From the NCBI GenBank assembly GCA_028023455.1, contig JAQFVV010000003.1, positions 5,642,001 to 5,706,000 on the forward strand: 64,000 nucleotides of DNA. The letters are read 5' to 3'. Below, in pieces: positions 1-13,572 of this stretch. The stretch is from Epiperipatus broadwayi. Its lineage: Eukaryota; Animalia; Onychophora. Positions within the stretch are counted from its first letter, which is position 1. Each line of letters starts with the position of its first letter. The notes below the pieces were generated by a model, which saw only the letters and a list, made by a program, of their open reading frames with translations, was not told the DNA's origin and ran no database searches. The position numbers and the translations under genes are program-made.

Positions 1-3000
1 ATCTACTTTTAGATGAATATAATTTTTCTAAATCCAGAAGAAAAAATCCAATGATAGTGAGAAATACAAAAAATAAAATAAAGATTGTGATCATAATTAC
101 TGTGCATGTAAGTAAATTTTGAAAGTTTCATTGCACATACACACAACCTATTTTTAAAATCAGTATAAAGAATTGGCCTATGACAGGAAAACCTGTTAAT
201 AAACTAATATTATTCAAGATAATTAAAAACAGTGTATAAAAGGGGATGGGTGGGAGAAAGAATAAGTAAAGAAAAGAGATAGAGAATATTGCTAAGTCAA
301 CATCTTATTTTCAAAATAGCAGCCAATAAACTTGGCAAACAACAATGCAATGATGAAAAATATTATGGGGAAATAAGTAAGCAAAAATTAAAAAATTGTT
401 TTGATAAAATTTTCCAAAGATAAGGTTGAAAATAGTAAAATGTAATGTTTCTAAGATGGATACATACTAAGATCATTTCAGAAATATATTACACAATTCA
501 TTTATGCGCTAAAAGTGGAGAAAAGCTTAATCCATTAAAAATAATGTGTTACACACTGTAAACAAGAACAAATTAATTTTAGGTGAAAAAAAACAAGATA
601 CATTTATATATTTCAAGTTACTAAAGATACAACTGACAGGGGAAATGCCAATCTAATAAAGATGAGTTAAAAAAATAGAAAAGTTTATTTAATTACAAAT
701 TTCATGACTAGATGCTCTATTATACAAAAAAAAAAAAATGTTAGTATAAAAATGCAAAAAAAAAAAATCACATTTTCAATTCACTCTTCACCTTCTACTT
801 GTGATTTCCATATCCATGGTTTCAATTGACTCAAAAAAAAAATGACTCAAAAAATTAGTAAATAAAAAAATATTAGAAACAAAAAAAATTAATTTTTTAC
901 ATTTTTAATTGTTTGTTAATAGTGCATATAAAATATATACACACATCCATACAAACGTGTATTATACATGTGTTCAACATGTATAAGAATATTTGTATGC
1001 ATCTTGATTCTATTACTAAAAAATTTTAGTATTCATAACATTAGCTGGAATCATGTTTTTTATTGTTCTTTTTTAATAATATATAATTTTATTTACTTTT
1101 AATATGTTGTTTTTTAAGCCTGTCATTAATAATTACATTTTAGACATGCTACAATAAGAAAAAAGATTAAACTAAAGTTGCATATACTATACTAACTGCA
1201 ACCAACTGTGATGAGTTGTGAAAAAGATAATAAACTTAGAATTTACTACATTTATCAAAAGCAGTCTTAAAATTATTAATAAATAAATAAAAAAACCATC
1301 AAATGACTACTTCTTGGGGTTTATAAAAAGTTTGAGTGCTTCAAGTAACCATACAGGATCTGGTCCCTTCAATTCCAAAATCTGCAATTTATCAATCATA
1401 TTAATCCATGCAAGGGAAAATTATTAAGTATTACAAAAATAAATGTAATAAAATAATTGAAAATATAAAAAAAATATCAGAGTAAAATTGAAATGACATT
1501 GCAATATATAATAAATCTCCAAGAAAGGGAGGGTTTTTTAAAAGAATTCATCTAAACAGCTACTATTAATCCATCAATAAGTATTCTACCATATTTGGCC
1601 AAGGAATAATCATAATAAATCAAACAATTGAAATGTGACATAACCTTCTTCTCATATTAAAAATAAAATACTCTAGTAGAGTTATGGACTCTAGAGTTTA
1701 AAATACATGGATCAGAGCTTCATCAGACTCAAAGCTATGCCCTGAATAGTTTAGTATAGTAGTAGGGCATCAAATTTTGGTGCATAAGGATCTGATTGTA
1801 GTTTGGGTAATTCCAGCCATCAAAGTTCTTATGAAACCCCAATTGTTTGTTTATTTCCCTTCCGGAACTTAAATTTTTTAAAACACTTCAAGCAGTAAAA
1901 TATTTGATTTTTTTAAAACATAAAATTAAACATAGCTCTGAGTTCATAACTTATGTTTACTGTTTTTTTTTTCTTCATGATAATAACCAAAATTTTCAGA
2001 TAACCTAGGTAATGGTAATGAATTCAAAGTTTTAATCTAAAGCTACTGTTAAAAAAGTTATAAGTAAATATTTGTACTGGGCAGTTTAGCCAGTGGTATA
2101 GTATCAAATTCAAAAACTCTGTAAAGGTTCTTTAACTTATTCCCAATTGAGGGAAATAAAAAAAAATTAATTTGCTCAACTAAATAATAATGAGATTGCT
2201 GTGCTTAACATGTCATTTGGACAATCGAATTCCATTAAATCTTCTAAGCAACTAATGATTAGTTCATCATATATTTTTTTAACATATAAGGATCATACCA
2301 TATCAGAATCTTTACATCGATTATAAATTTTTAGTGGAAAGCAGATAGCTCTATTTCTAAATATAAAAAAGTAACTGAGATATCCAAGACATATATACAA
2401 AAAAAAAAAAAGTTTGAAAACAATGCAATATTTTATTCTGTTTGATATATATATTCGAACAACTAATCTTTTTTTTTAACAAGAAATAATGTATCCATTT
2501 TCTAAAAGTCTGTTTTTAAATATTATCTTGCTTCTGATATTATCACTTAATATAAGCAGTCTTACTTCAAAAAATAAAAGAGAGAAAACGTTTTCAATTA
2601 AGGAGACGGAAAAAGAACAATGCTAATTGTAATGACTATTAGCAATGTAAGACAGACTTCAACTAATGTGAAGCTAAAAGATAATTAGCGTGATTGATGG
2701 GATGTTCCTTTAATAATTCATGAATACCAAATATCCCAGATCAATACTGATTCACAAGCAAATGTTTAAATCTCAAAAAATTTCATTCTTTTATCAACAA
2801 ATAATTATAAGATTTCTAAAATGAAAAGGAAATGAAAGCATTCAGATGACATATTGTGCTTATAAATAATATATCTTTCAAATGGGGAGGGGAGATTCAA
2901 ACATTGTATATGCGTAAATACTGAACCACTTATTTTAAATAAATTATAATTATAGACTACATAAATATATGTGAAGCAGATTTTATGGTATAACAATTAA

Positions 3001-4587
3001 CGCATCGGTCTTGACAATAGCTAGGGTTTTGAATCCAGATCTTTGAAGAGATTTATATGGAGAATTTATGTTCCAGATCCAGGGTGTTTAAATCAAATTT
3101 AAGATGAAGAATTAATTCAGATGATACTTTTTTTATCTGCTAGAAAAATTTATTTGTTATGGAAATTTAGAAGATGTTTTCCAGAAATTTTAAAAAAGAC
3201 AAATCATCGCATTGGTACGAGAAATTTTTCAAAACGGGGGGCTTATTTTTTTAGAGATTGTGCAGCAAACTTAACACGTATTTTAATATACTGAATGTTT
3301 TCAAAAATATTCCCATGCAAATAAAATAAATACATCTGGTGAAGATGGATACTATGAAAGTAAAAGAAACAAATGCTTGCTGTGATGTTCATCAGTAAGA
3401 TAATGGACAATAGAAAGAAAAGATCTGACCATAACGGAGAGTTTTACATAGAGATGGAACTTAAATAGTTTTCAAGTAACTAGTTTGTATCCAGTTTATT
3501 TGTCGATTACAAAACGGATTCTAGCTTTTCTTAGAAGATAAAACAAAAATCGAAAATCATACAAAAAAAAAAAAAAACTCCTTGCTAAGCTGATATGTAA
3601 CATTTTCTTCATTGTTCCCTTGTACAGGGAGGAATGCTGTAGAACTGTCATGCAGTTGGTTATTAACTAAATATTTATATATGTAAACACATGTGCTAAA
3701 TGTGTCCATATATTTCTTACCTATATGTATCTGCTTACTAAATCATATTATTATAATCATTAATTGTGAATCAAAATCAATATTTTAACATATTAATAAA
3801 TATTAGATGATATTTTATTATATTAATAGGTTTCACTTTACTTTTCTAATCATCATCAATTTTATATATATTTGTGCATAAAATGAAACATATGTCCAGA
3901 AATCAATACTTTATACAGGTATAACTTCAATGTACATATAAGTGCACATATGTATGTATTATTTTTACACTAACATATGTGACAAAGAGAAGCATTTTTT
4001 ACTCCAGTAATATTATGTAATTTTTTAATCAATAACATATTTGATTATTTATAAACATGACTAACTGCAACTATACTAAAAAATAACACAACTCTACAAG
4101 ATATGAATTTTATCCAAAAACAAACGACTGATTTATCATTCTGCTAGAACTCAAATTTCACACAGTAAATTAAATGACTACAAGCATTGTATGAACAAGC
4201 AGCAAAATACAATCACAATTTAAGAACTTGGTAAATGTTTATTTATAAATATGTGTCTGTAATGTTAAATAAATAGATAAGTGAATGGCTTTATTGTTTG
4301 AGAGTTCATAAGAAATTTTAAATGCTGGAAGTAACAGATCTAGATACAATCTGTGAATCTTAAGCTTCAGAGTCTGATACTTTATTACTACATTAAATAA
4401 CTTAGGACAATATAATCAAATGACTTTATTGCTTAAGAGTTCATAGGAAGTTTGAATGCTGGAAATGGAAAAATTAGAATTGATTTGAGAACTTTATACT
4501 CCAGAGTGTGACACTCTAACCATGCCACAATATTTATTCTATATGAAGTATCATAACTTTATCTTTCTTATTGCATTGCTAAATCCA

Positions 4588-4820
4588 TATAATATTAATA
4601 TCATCTATATTCTTTATTACTTTATACAATGCCTTTTTACAATTCACTATTACCAGTTTTGATTGCCCCAGCAACCTTGAAGAGGTGGTTATGTGATGTT
4701 TATTGGCTTAAAACCTTGAAGTTCTGAAGAAGATTTCAGGGGCAATCAAAACTGTCAATAGTGGATTGTAAAAAAGCATTCTATAAAGTAATAAAGAATA
4801 TAGATGATATTAATATTATA
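4588..4820. mobile_element. Foldback element (82-bp inverted arms, 69-bp spacer) with a degenerate hammerhead-like core; probably Penelope-like-element (PLE) derived
   Basis: 4588-4669 is the near-perfect reverse complement of 4739-4820. The + strand reads CTGAAGA(4724-4730)-A-GATT-tcaggggc-AATC-AAAAC-TG-TC. Confidence 0.7.
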
Positions 4821-6399
4821 ATATTTATTCTATAGAATAAGAATTTCTAATTTGAGCACAACTTATGGGACATAAATTTACTTTTGTATGAACCATATTT
4901 TGTGAAAATTTTGTTTGTTCTTTTACAAAGAAAATTCACTTAGTCATATTTTGATTTATTCACATATATTAATATCATCATTGATGATTATTTCATGAGT
5001 GAAATGTAGAAGTTTCTGGAATATTTGAATCCACAGGCTATCTCATGATCAAGCTGCTAATATTTTATATAATAATACATTTTTGATGTGTAAGAATTCT
5101 GGTTGAAAAATATAACTGTTAGGTCAACTTAAAATACTTATAAAATCTGTTTAGTTATTAAAACCATACATTCATTATAATACATTTATATATAAGAGAA
5201 ACCCTATAACTAGATTAAAATAAAACAATTATAAGAAGAATAACATTTTTTATATATGACACAGTTCAACACAATCTATTCTTATAAAACTTATATAAGT
5301 TCAGTAGCGGTTTCAGTAGTCAATATGTTGATTGTACTTGAGAAATGTCTTACCAAAAACAGTTGTGTTGCAGTGCATTTTTATGCTTAAAAAGACTTCT
5401 TTGAAAAGATATTCATAAAGAAATATTATCTATTTGTACTATATCATAATCATTAAAGTATTGAAAAGAGAGCATAAAATCGACTGAGATAACAGACAAA
5501 AACTTTTACATTGCTTTTATGGTTAAACTTATTTTACTTTTACAGTCACTTGTAAATTTCATTGGCTTTCTCACATATGCATATATTAGTAATAACTATT
5601 TACTTTTGTGTACATTTATATTTATAATTATGGGTAACTGTAATGCAGTACCTTCTATATGTGACTTTTAACATTTAAAATTATTAGGATTGTTAGTCAT
5701 TTTTTTAGTATCATGATTTTTTTTATTGTTATACAACTTCTTAAAATATACAGTTGAACATTTTAAATATTAAAAACAACAACATTTAATTGCATACATT
5801 AGAAATAATGATCTAATTATTTAACATTCAAGAACTAATAAAGCAAGTGGTGTTCAAGCACCAAAATGTCAAATCTGAGCCCAGTATTACTATTACTAAT
5901 TGACCAAAACTGAGATTTTGCCGCCACCCCCCCCCCCAAAAAAAAAAAAACATCCAGAAAATCATTAGGTTTTGAATTTTCAATTTTTATTTTCAAAATT
6001 ATTGTAATTTAATCAAGAAATTTTGAGATTTTTGATTCTAGAAGCTATTTATTAATAAAATTATTTTTAAAAAGCATTTAACAGATGCCCAAATAATTTT
6101 ATATTCTCACAATCCAATATCTACATCTATTTGCTACAAATGTCTATCTTGATGGTATTAAAGTTTATAATGTAGTTATAAAAGTATGATATTCCATTAA
6201 ATTGTATTAATAGGATGACAAACTATGGAAAACTACTATCAGTGATAATCAGATACTATCTATTAGTCTTACTACCCTATTATTTAGTTATCCAACATGA
6301 CTTTGAGCAGAAGCTTAATATACATACTAATATTTGGTGCCTTTTGATTTACAAGTTATTGGTGGAATAAATTTGGCATTGTAAATCAAAATTTGGAAA

Positions 6400-6900
6400 T
6401 TTATTATATTGATACCACATGAAAGAGATATATGTGAGAGATTGTGACCTGGACCAACTAATGAGTGCTGGTTTAGTATGAAATGTATCTTGGGGATTGC
6501 CTTTTAAGATATCTTTATTCATATGTTTTAAAAAAAAGTTTGATAGTGTCGAAATTAATAATTAGAACTAATAGTTAATTTTAAAGACAAAACTTAACAC
6601 TCAGTAAAATTATTATTAATTATGTCTATCTTGTAAGTGAAGTCAACATGATAGTTGTGATCTGTGGCTATGAAACATGGTCATTAAATAAAAAAGAAAT
6701 GCAAAGATTGTAAATTTTATAAGGAATAATATAAAAATGAAGAATAATGAAAGTAACAAAGGGAATGATAAAATTAATAGATATAAACTGAATATTAGTA
6801 TTTGTCATATGATGTTTTTTAAAAAATCTCAAATCTATTGAAAGTAGTTCTGGTAAACTTTAATAAATAAGTAAATCAACTAATAAATTAGGTTCCAGTT
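6400..6900 (+). pseudogene. Highly decayed non-LTR retrotransposon (RTE-like) fragment
   Basis: Around 6660-6710 it translates to ICGYETWSLNKKEMQRL, resembling the YGxETW motif downstream of RTE RT. The rest is barely alignable. Confidence 0.35.
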
Positions 6901-9614
6901 ATGGACCTAACTTGAGAGATGAAATTATAAACGAAATTTGTTGATTTTGCTTTTAAGCTTTTCTTTTCGTAATAATTTAGCAAATATGTCAGTTCTCATT
7001 TTTAATTTTCAGTAACTAAATGTGAGTTTTATTAAGCTTTTTTTTTTTTAATAAAAATTATAAAGTTGATAAATGTAATATGCTGATTTAGTTTAATTTT
7101 ATTTTTACAAAGCCATCAATCATTAAGATTAAAGTTTTGTTATTTGGAATGTATGCAATTAATTCTTTGTATTTCTCAGAGGATTTTCCTCCCCCCTCAT
7201 TATTGTTATTATTTTCAACTGAAATATAATGTTAAGTTATTTAAAGATACTACGTAAGTCGTCATACATCAGTTTTCTCCCATGACAGTTGATTAGAGTA
7301 GAAATACTGAACTGTATAAAGTTGTTTTTTAAATTTAAATATTTATTAAAAATTGCATTTCTAAATATAATCAAAAACAAGCAATAAAAATAGCATTTAA
7401 AAGTATTTCTATTTATATCCATCGTTATTGATTTATTTCACAATTTTACTTCGTCTTTCTTTTCTTTTTTTATATTTGGTTTCCATCTTAAAGGTGTAAA
7501 GTTCTCAATAATTATAATATAGTTTGAATATGGAGCTTCTATAATAAGATGGATTATGAGATTATAAGCAATGTCAAATTATTACTGATGATGATTGAAT
7601 GTTATCATTCACTGATGGAGTAAAGTTTACAATGTATCTTTATCAAGATGTCAGAAAAAATTGTGTTAAAATAACAAGCCACTGGAAAATTGCCCCCAGA
7701 TCAAATATTATTGTTGTATTTATCACCTGGTTATTTTATCTACCTTCAAACAGAAAACATAAGTATATCCCGTATTGTCAGGTTGGCCCAAGCTAGTTTG
7801 GAATAGAGGATTTATCTTCTTATTTATGTTTGAATGCAGATTTTTGTTATTTACAGACTTAGAAAAATCTCTAGAGAATTGATACTATGTTTAAGCAATA
7901 AGAACCTGTTGTTCATACTTTTTATGTATATCAGTTATGGTAATCCGATGAGAGTGATTCAATGACTGACTGAGATGTAGTGTTTTATTGCAACAAATTT
8001 TAAACAAGAGTAAATCCCTTATGCAGAAATAAAAATGAAGTAGTCTATTCTATGACTTTTAAAAAAAAATCTCACGTCTGTTCCCAATAATAGTAATAAT
8101 AATTATAGATATAAGCATTTTAATGATATAAATAAGTTGTTAATTAATTTTATAATTGTAATTCCAAATACTGAGAGCTAAAGCAATTTCCAGGGATGGC
8201 AAACTCATACCGGTATTGGTCATAGTTTCTTTTTTTTTTTACCAACACTAACTTCTGAGAAAAGTCTAAGAGAACAAACTGATCTAAGATTCATCCTTTT
8301 TTTTTTATATTATTCGCTCAACATTGAATAACTTTGTTGTGTTTATCACTGTAGTATGGTTAATAATAATACTCCTGGTCACCTATGAATAATACAGTAC
8401 ATAACTTTGTAACTAAATGTAAAGATATAGTAACAAAAAAAAAATTCTTTTTAAGTTAATAAAAAAAAAAAAACTTTTATCAACTACAAACCTATTTATC
8501 ATTTAAACTTTGTTTTAAATTCTACTAGTAAAAATCCAGTTATAATAATAATAATATATATTTAGTAAAATATAATAACAGGTTTTGTCTGTAAATATGA
8601 TCATTCAAAGATGCACTTTTGTACTATATTAAAACAATCAATATCGTTTTTATAATCAATTTTAACTTTATTTTTGTAGAGAACGTTTTTTTAGACTTTT
8701 TCTTATCAGTAATTAAGGTACAGCTGTAAATAAATATTCTTTAATGTATCAAACAAAACTTCATAAGCTTGGGTAAGCAATGGACATTAGATAGCAGTGA
8801 CAATCAAATGCCAGATTACTTTCTGGCAATTAGTCCTTATTACTGAGGTGTATAGGACTTGCTCAAATTCAGCAACAATCTTTACTTATTTATAAATAAC
8901 TAATACTAAATGTAAGATGTAAAAATATAGGATTATTTCATTATGAATAAGCATGAAATATTTTTATTCATCATGAAGCTATTAAAAAATAATAGCAAGC
9001 TTAGTTATTTATGTAATGGAGGGAAAGGTATAAAAACGTTTTGTGAAGATGCTACTGAAAGTGTTCAGTGCTCTATAAAATCTTATAATAATATATATTA
9101 ATAAAACCTGATTTATTAATTCCAATATACTCTTATCAAAAAATACTACAATCATGCATAAATAAGATCATATGTTCTTGCTGGTTAATTTTTATTAAGT
9201 ATTACTCCAACATCTCAGATTCAAGAGTCATTATATAATTAGGATAATAAAATTAATAAAAGAAATATAAATAAAACTAAATTTGAAACAGAGACATAAT
9301 CAAAAGATGAAATGATAATTCCTAATATTTTTAAAACTTTTTTTAAAAATAAATAAATAATACACTTTGGTTATGGAAATATTTCAACTATTTTAAAATA
9401 TCATTTTCATTATGCCAAACATTGATGATAATCACTTAGAAGTAATTATTTATTAAATTATTGAGAGGAATTGATTATTGACTGCAGAATGTTTTAAAAT
9501 CTTGATTACAAAAGTTACATTTTTAAAAATTGTAATTAATCAAAATAGAAACATTTGTAAAGTGAAAAAATAGTCATAGATCACATGACCCCATTCTCTT
9601 AAGCTTGTAAGATA

Positions 9615-9868
9615 TAAACAATGAGCATTGCCAATTGCTCAACAAGCTTTGTGAGAAATGCTTAACCAGAGAAAGCATTTAAAATATCTCTGTCAGGAAC
9701 CCCCCCACCCCCAAGCTACCCTGGCTCCTCTCTGAGGAATGCCAAAGCACAAAACCATGGTCAGAGGTTGGGGAGGGGGGGGATTCCTGGCAGAGATATT
9801 TTAAATGCTTTCTCTGGCTAAGCATTTATCACAAAGCTTGTTGAGCAATTGGCAATACTCATTGTTTA
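9615..9868. mobile_element. MITE/foldback with ~100-bp TIRs and a possible 10-bp TSD (Mutator/Foldback-like)
   Basis: 9615-9714 is the reverse complement of 9768-9868 with few mismatches. The flanks are CTTGTAAGAT (9604-9613) and CTTGTAAAAT (9869-9878). Confidence 0.8.
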
Positions 9869-11552
9869 CTTGTAAAATGAAATTCTAAATAATATAATTT
9901 AGTAAAAATGAAAAGCCAATGATATATTAAAGCTGTTGCAATTAAGTCAAAAAAATGCTCAAATTTGAACACTACATGGAAACAAGTGAGTCAGATAAAA
10001 CATAATGATAATAAATTATAAAAAAGCATGTCTGCATCTAAAATGATATACTTATGGGTGATAAGATATTATCATCATTTGAAATAAAGAGAGATATTTA
10101 ATAAAATATAATCATGCTTTCTAAAATGGGGTTTAAATCAATTATTTTTGAATAAACTTACTATAAATAAATGAATATGGCAAAGATGCACACCCTAGAA
10201 AGTTAATTGTCAAATCTAACTTCTGAATTATCATCTATGATTGTATAAAGTTCACAGTATTAGTTTTAATTAAATCTCTTTTGTCAGTTGTATCAAACTT
10301 CTAACATCACTTTAGTGGAATAAAGAGAGCATTTTTTTACTCGATGAACATAAGTAATCTACAATATCTCTACTTGCAGTCTGGTTTTTGAGTTTGTCAG
10401 TGAATACTTGGAATCACCACTTAAACTGATGTATCTATACATCAAACAAGTACTTTTTACTATTCAATCTAATATCCTGAAATAAGGTCAAGCCAATGGA
10501 CTTACATAGTTAATAAATCTAATATCAGATTAGTTTCTGAATATTTTAAAGACCCTTTGGCTAAAAATAAGGCCTGGATTGGAATTCAAATTTACAATAT
10601 ATGGCATTAGAATAGGATAAAGAGAACTGCTTTTGAAAGCATAAGAATAAGAATATAAGAAAGTTATGTAATATTGTTATTGGTGTTTAGTGCTCTAATG
10701 TATATATTAATATTCTATTTATTATAAATTTATAATTGATTATAGTAATATAAATGGCAGCATTATATGAACAAAACCTACTAGAATTGGCATCAAGAAA
10801 GAACTTTCTGATGCAATCATGCTCAACATGTTATTAAAAAAAGTAATAAATTATAAACAAAGATTCAATCTAGGCTAGGGTAACCTGGTGAAGAACCACA
10901 TTCAAGAAAATAGATGATCCTATAATTTTGTAGGTTTTGAGCAGCCTCTGTTGCATTATTTCTATCAATTTACAATTAAAAAAAAAGTGCTAATATATGA
11001 AATCAAACTAAGATTTATTAAAAATGCATTTCAAACTGCAATTATGAAAGAATTTCAAATTAAATATTTTTGATGAATTTAAATAGCAATGAAGACTTTT
11101 ATTCAAAATTAAGCAAAACTCGACATAGTCTTATATAAATATCATTGCTTTAGCTGTTCTATCAAGTTTAATGCAGTGGCAGAATTCAAACTTGAGAACC
11201 AAAGTACCAAGTGAGAAAAGTAAAGATCAATTAAGTAAATCTATTAACTCAGACTGTTGTTTTAGATACTAAATTGTAACATAATCTCACTTCTTGAACA
11301 ATTGATCATATGATTTAGATGTGTGCAGTGAGATTAGAGAAAATGATATCAATTCAATTTTTTATGATGAATTAAAATACAAACTAAAAAATAACTTTTT
11401 TTGATTTAATGATGTTTCATATTTCATTTGGGCTTTAGATAAATTATTTAAATCACTAAAATTGACTACTATTGAAATAGTGAATACAGATTTTAAGGTC
11501 AGAAATTAAACTTACCATTTTTGACTTATTTATCAATAAAAGTCATAGATAC

Positions 11553-11648
11553 TGTCAAGCGTTGGTGGCTGAGTGGTTAGCACATCTGCCTTACAAGCAG
11601 TTGTCCTGGGGTTCACTTCCTGGCTGATGCTTTGACATTTAAAAAAAA
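11553..11648 (+). mobile_element. tRNA-Gly(TCC)-derived retroposon (short SINE or tRNA retropseudogene) with poly(A) and a 15-bp TSD
   Basis: TGTCAA + GCGTTGGTGGCTGAGTGGTTAGCAC...CTTACAAGCAG...GATGC + TTTGACATTT + A8. TSD AAAAGTCATAG(A/T)TAC at 11538-11552 and 11645-11659. Confidence 0.85.
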
Positions 11649-13572
11649 GTCATAGTTACAATTGATGGGGCAATAAAGAATTAGTTATGTGATATTTATG
11701 ATAGATTTTTTTATTGCAAAATTACAATCTAAAAATATATATATTATTATTAAATTATTCACAAAATAAAGCAAATAGTTGCTTTATTGATATAACTTTA
11801 AAAAATAAATAAAACATTTTAATAATACTTGAATGACAAAAGTTATTCAAATATGGCAAAAGCTGTTATAAATATATTTGAATTATTAACATGCCACTGT
11901 CAGTACAGCTTTATAATGAATTAATTTGTGAATTTATTTTCCTAATTATCTCCATGGAAATAAAACACTATACATTTTACTAGTATTTTTAAACTATGGT
12001 TACGCCATAGTTGCTAAAATAGCATAACTTCTAAATTCTGTATAGATTTGATTCAATTATTCGCGTCTGCAAGACAAAGCTAAGTCAGAACAAAGAATTC
12101 TAGAACTTAGACTTACATGACATTAACAACTATCTACAATAAGTAAATGATTGATTTTACCATATATATAAATGCTTGGTTTTATTAATTTTAATAATAA
12201 TAAAAACTTGATAAAATTTATAAAACATTATAAATATGAAAATATTATATATATAGAAAGTGTAATCATTAAACGAAAGCAATTCTTTCCTTGATTACAT
12301 GGACTACACTTCACTGATATGACAATTAACGTATATCTGTTAACATAAGATTTAATCCGCCATATTACTTTCTAACGCAAAATTAATCATAACTAAAACA
12401 AAAATAATATATACTCAGTACAGTCCTTTAAACATAATTCGTATTGTCTTTTTATTTAACATTTTCTACTTCAAAACACTAATTGTAAATATCATAAAAC
12501 ATTAATAATTTCTAAGCAAATTGTATATTATTTCAGTTAATAAAAATCTAATGCATAATATTTGTTACATTCACTGCTTAGCAACTTTCCGTAGTCAATT
12601 ATTAAACAGGGCTGTTATGTCAACGAAATTTACAAAGCCAGAGAAAAATTACAGCTTGTAATCGTTTTACTTATTATTTATGAAAGTGATTTCAAAATCA
12701 TACAATTCTTTCTCTTTAAAATAATTGCTGATAAATTTGTTAAACAAAATAATTAAAAAACAAATGTAATCAGAATTGGAAAAAAAAAACTTTTGATGAA
12801 ACAAATTTAATAAAGAAAACTAATGTCTGTAACAATAGCAAGGCATCAGGGGTGACTATAGTTGCTTGGCTATAATACCTGTTGCCTAGATACTTTAATT
12901 ACTTTAGGGCAGAGAATTTAATAACATATATTTATTTCAGTAAAGCTAGTTATAAATCTGGATTCAGTACTTGTAGGTGTAAAATGCACATGTAATGCCC
13001 AAGGGTTGGTAGACTTAAGAACTAAAGATTTTTAAAGTTACCCCAAAAGAATGAAAGTAAAAAAAAAAAACCCTTCAGTTTGATTTATAGAATTAAACAA
13101 TTATGTTCAACTCATTACCTGCATGTTTGAAAGTTACACAACTTCATAAACAAGTAATTATACAACTATTTTTTGAATCTCTCTCTCTAACCAGTAGTGA
13201 CGGCTGTATCACATTTGACTTACTTTTTTTTTATAAGCAGAGCAGTGACATTCATCTGGCTAATGCAAATTAGTCAAGGATCATTTTCTACTGCAAAACA
13301 GCTAAATGTCCATTAAGTGGCCGATATTGGATAATTAATTAGATTGATTATGAAATGTCTATATGAAAAAATCCTGACTTTTTTTGAAAATTTAGCAGCT
13401 ACATGTAAAAAAATGTATTTTACTTTAGAGTTTAAACTTTATGTCATGAGCATGGCAGGTAAATACAATAATCACTTATTCTACATGATAAAAATCTTAT
13501 TTATAAATAGGCATACATATTGTATATCATATATATATATTATAACAATCTGGAGAAGGGCTTAATGTAATC

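Noticed and set aside
1681-1730. Minus-strand CTGATGA...AAAC-TCTAGA-GTC resembling a hammerhead
   Set aside because: There is no stem II, G12 is missing and stem I is out of register. The + strand looks like a decayed tRNA-SINE head.
11553-11637. TGTCAA...TTGACA as TIRs or LTR ends around the tRNA
   Set aside because: The poly(A) and 15-bp TSDs lie outside them, which indicates TPRT. The inverted match is perfect in only one of three copies.
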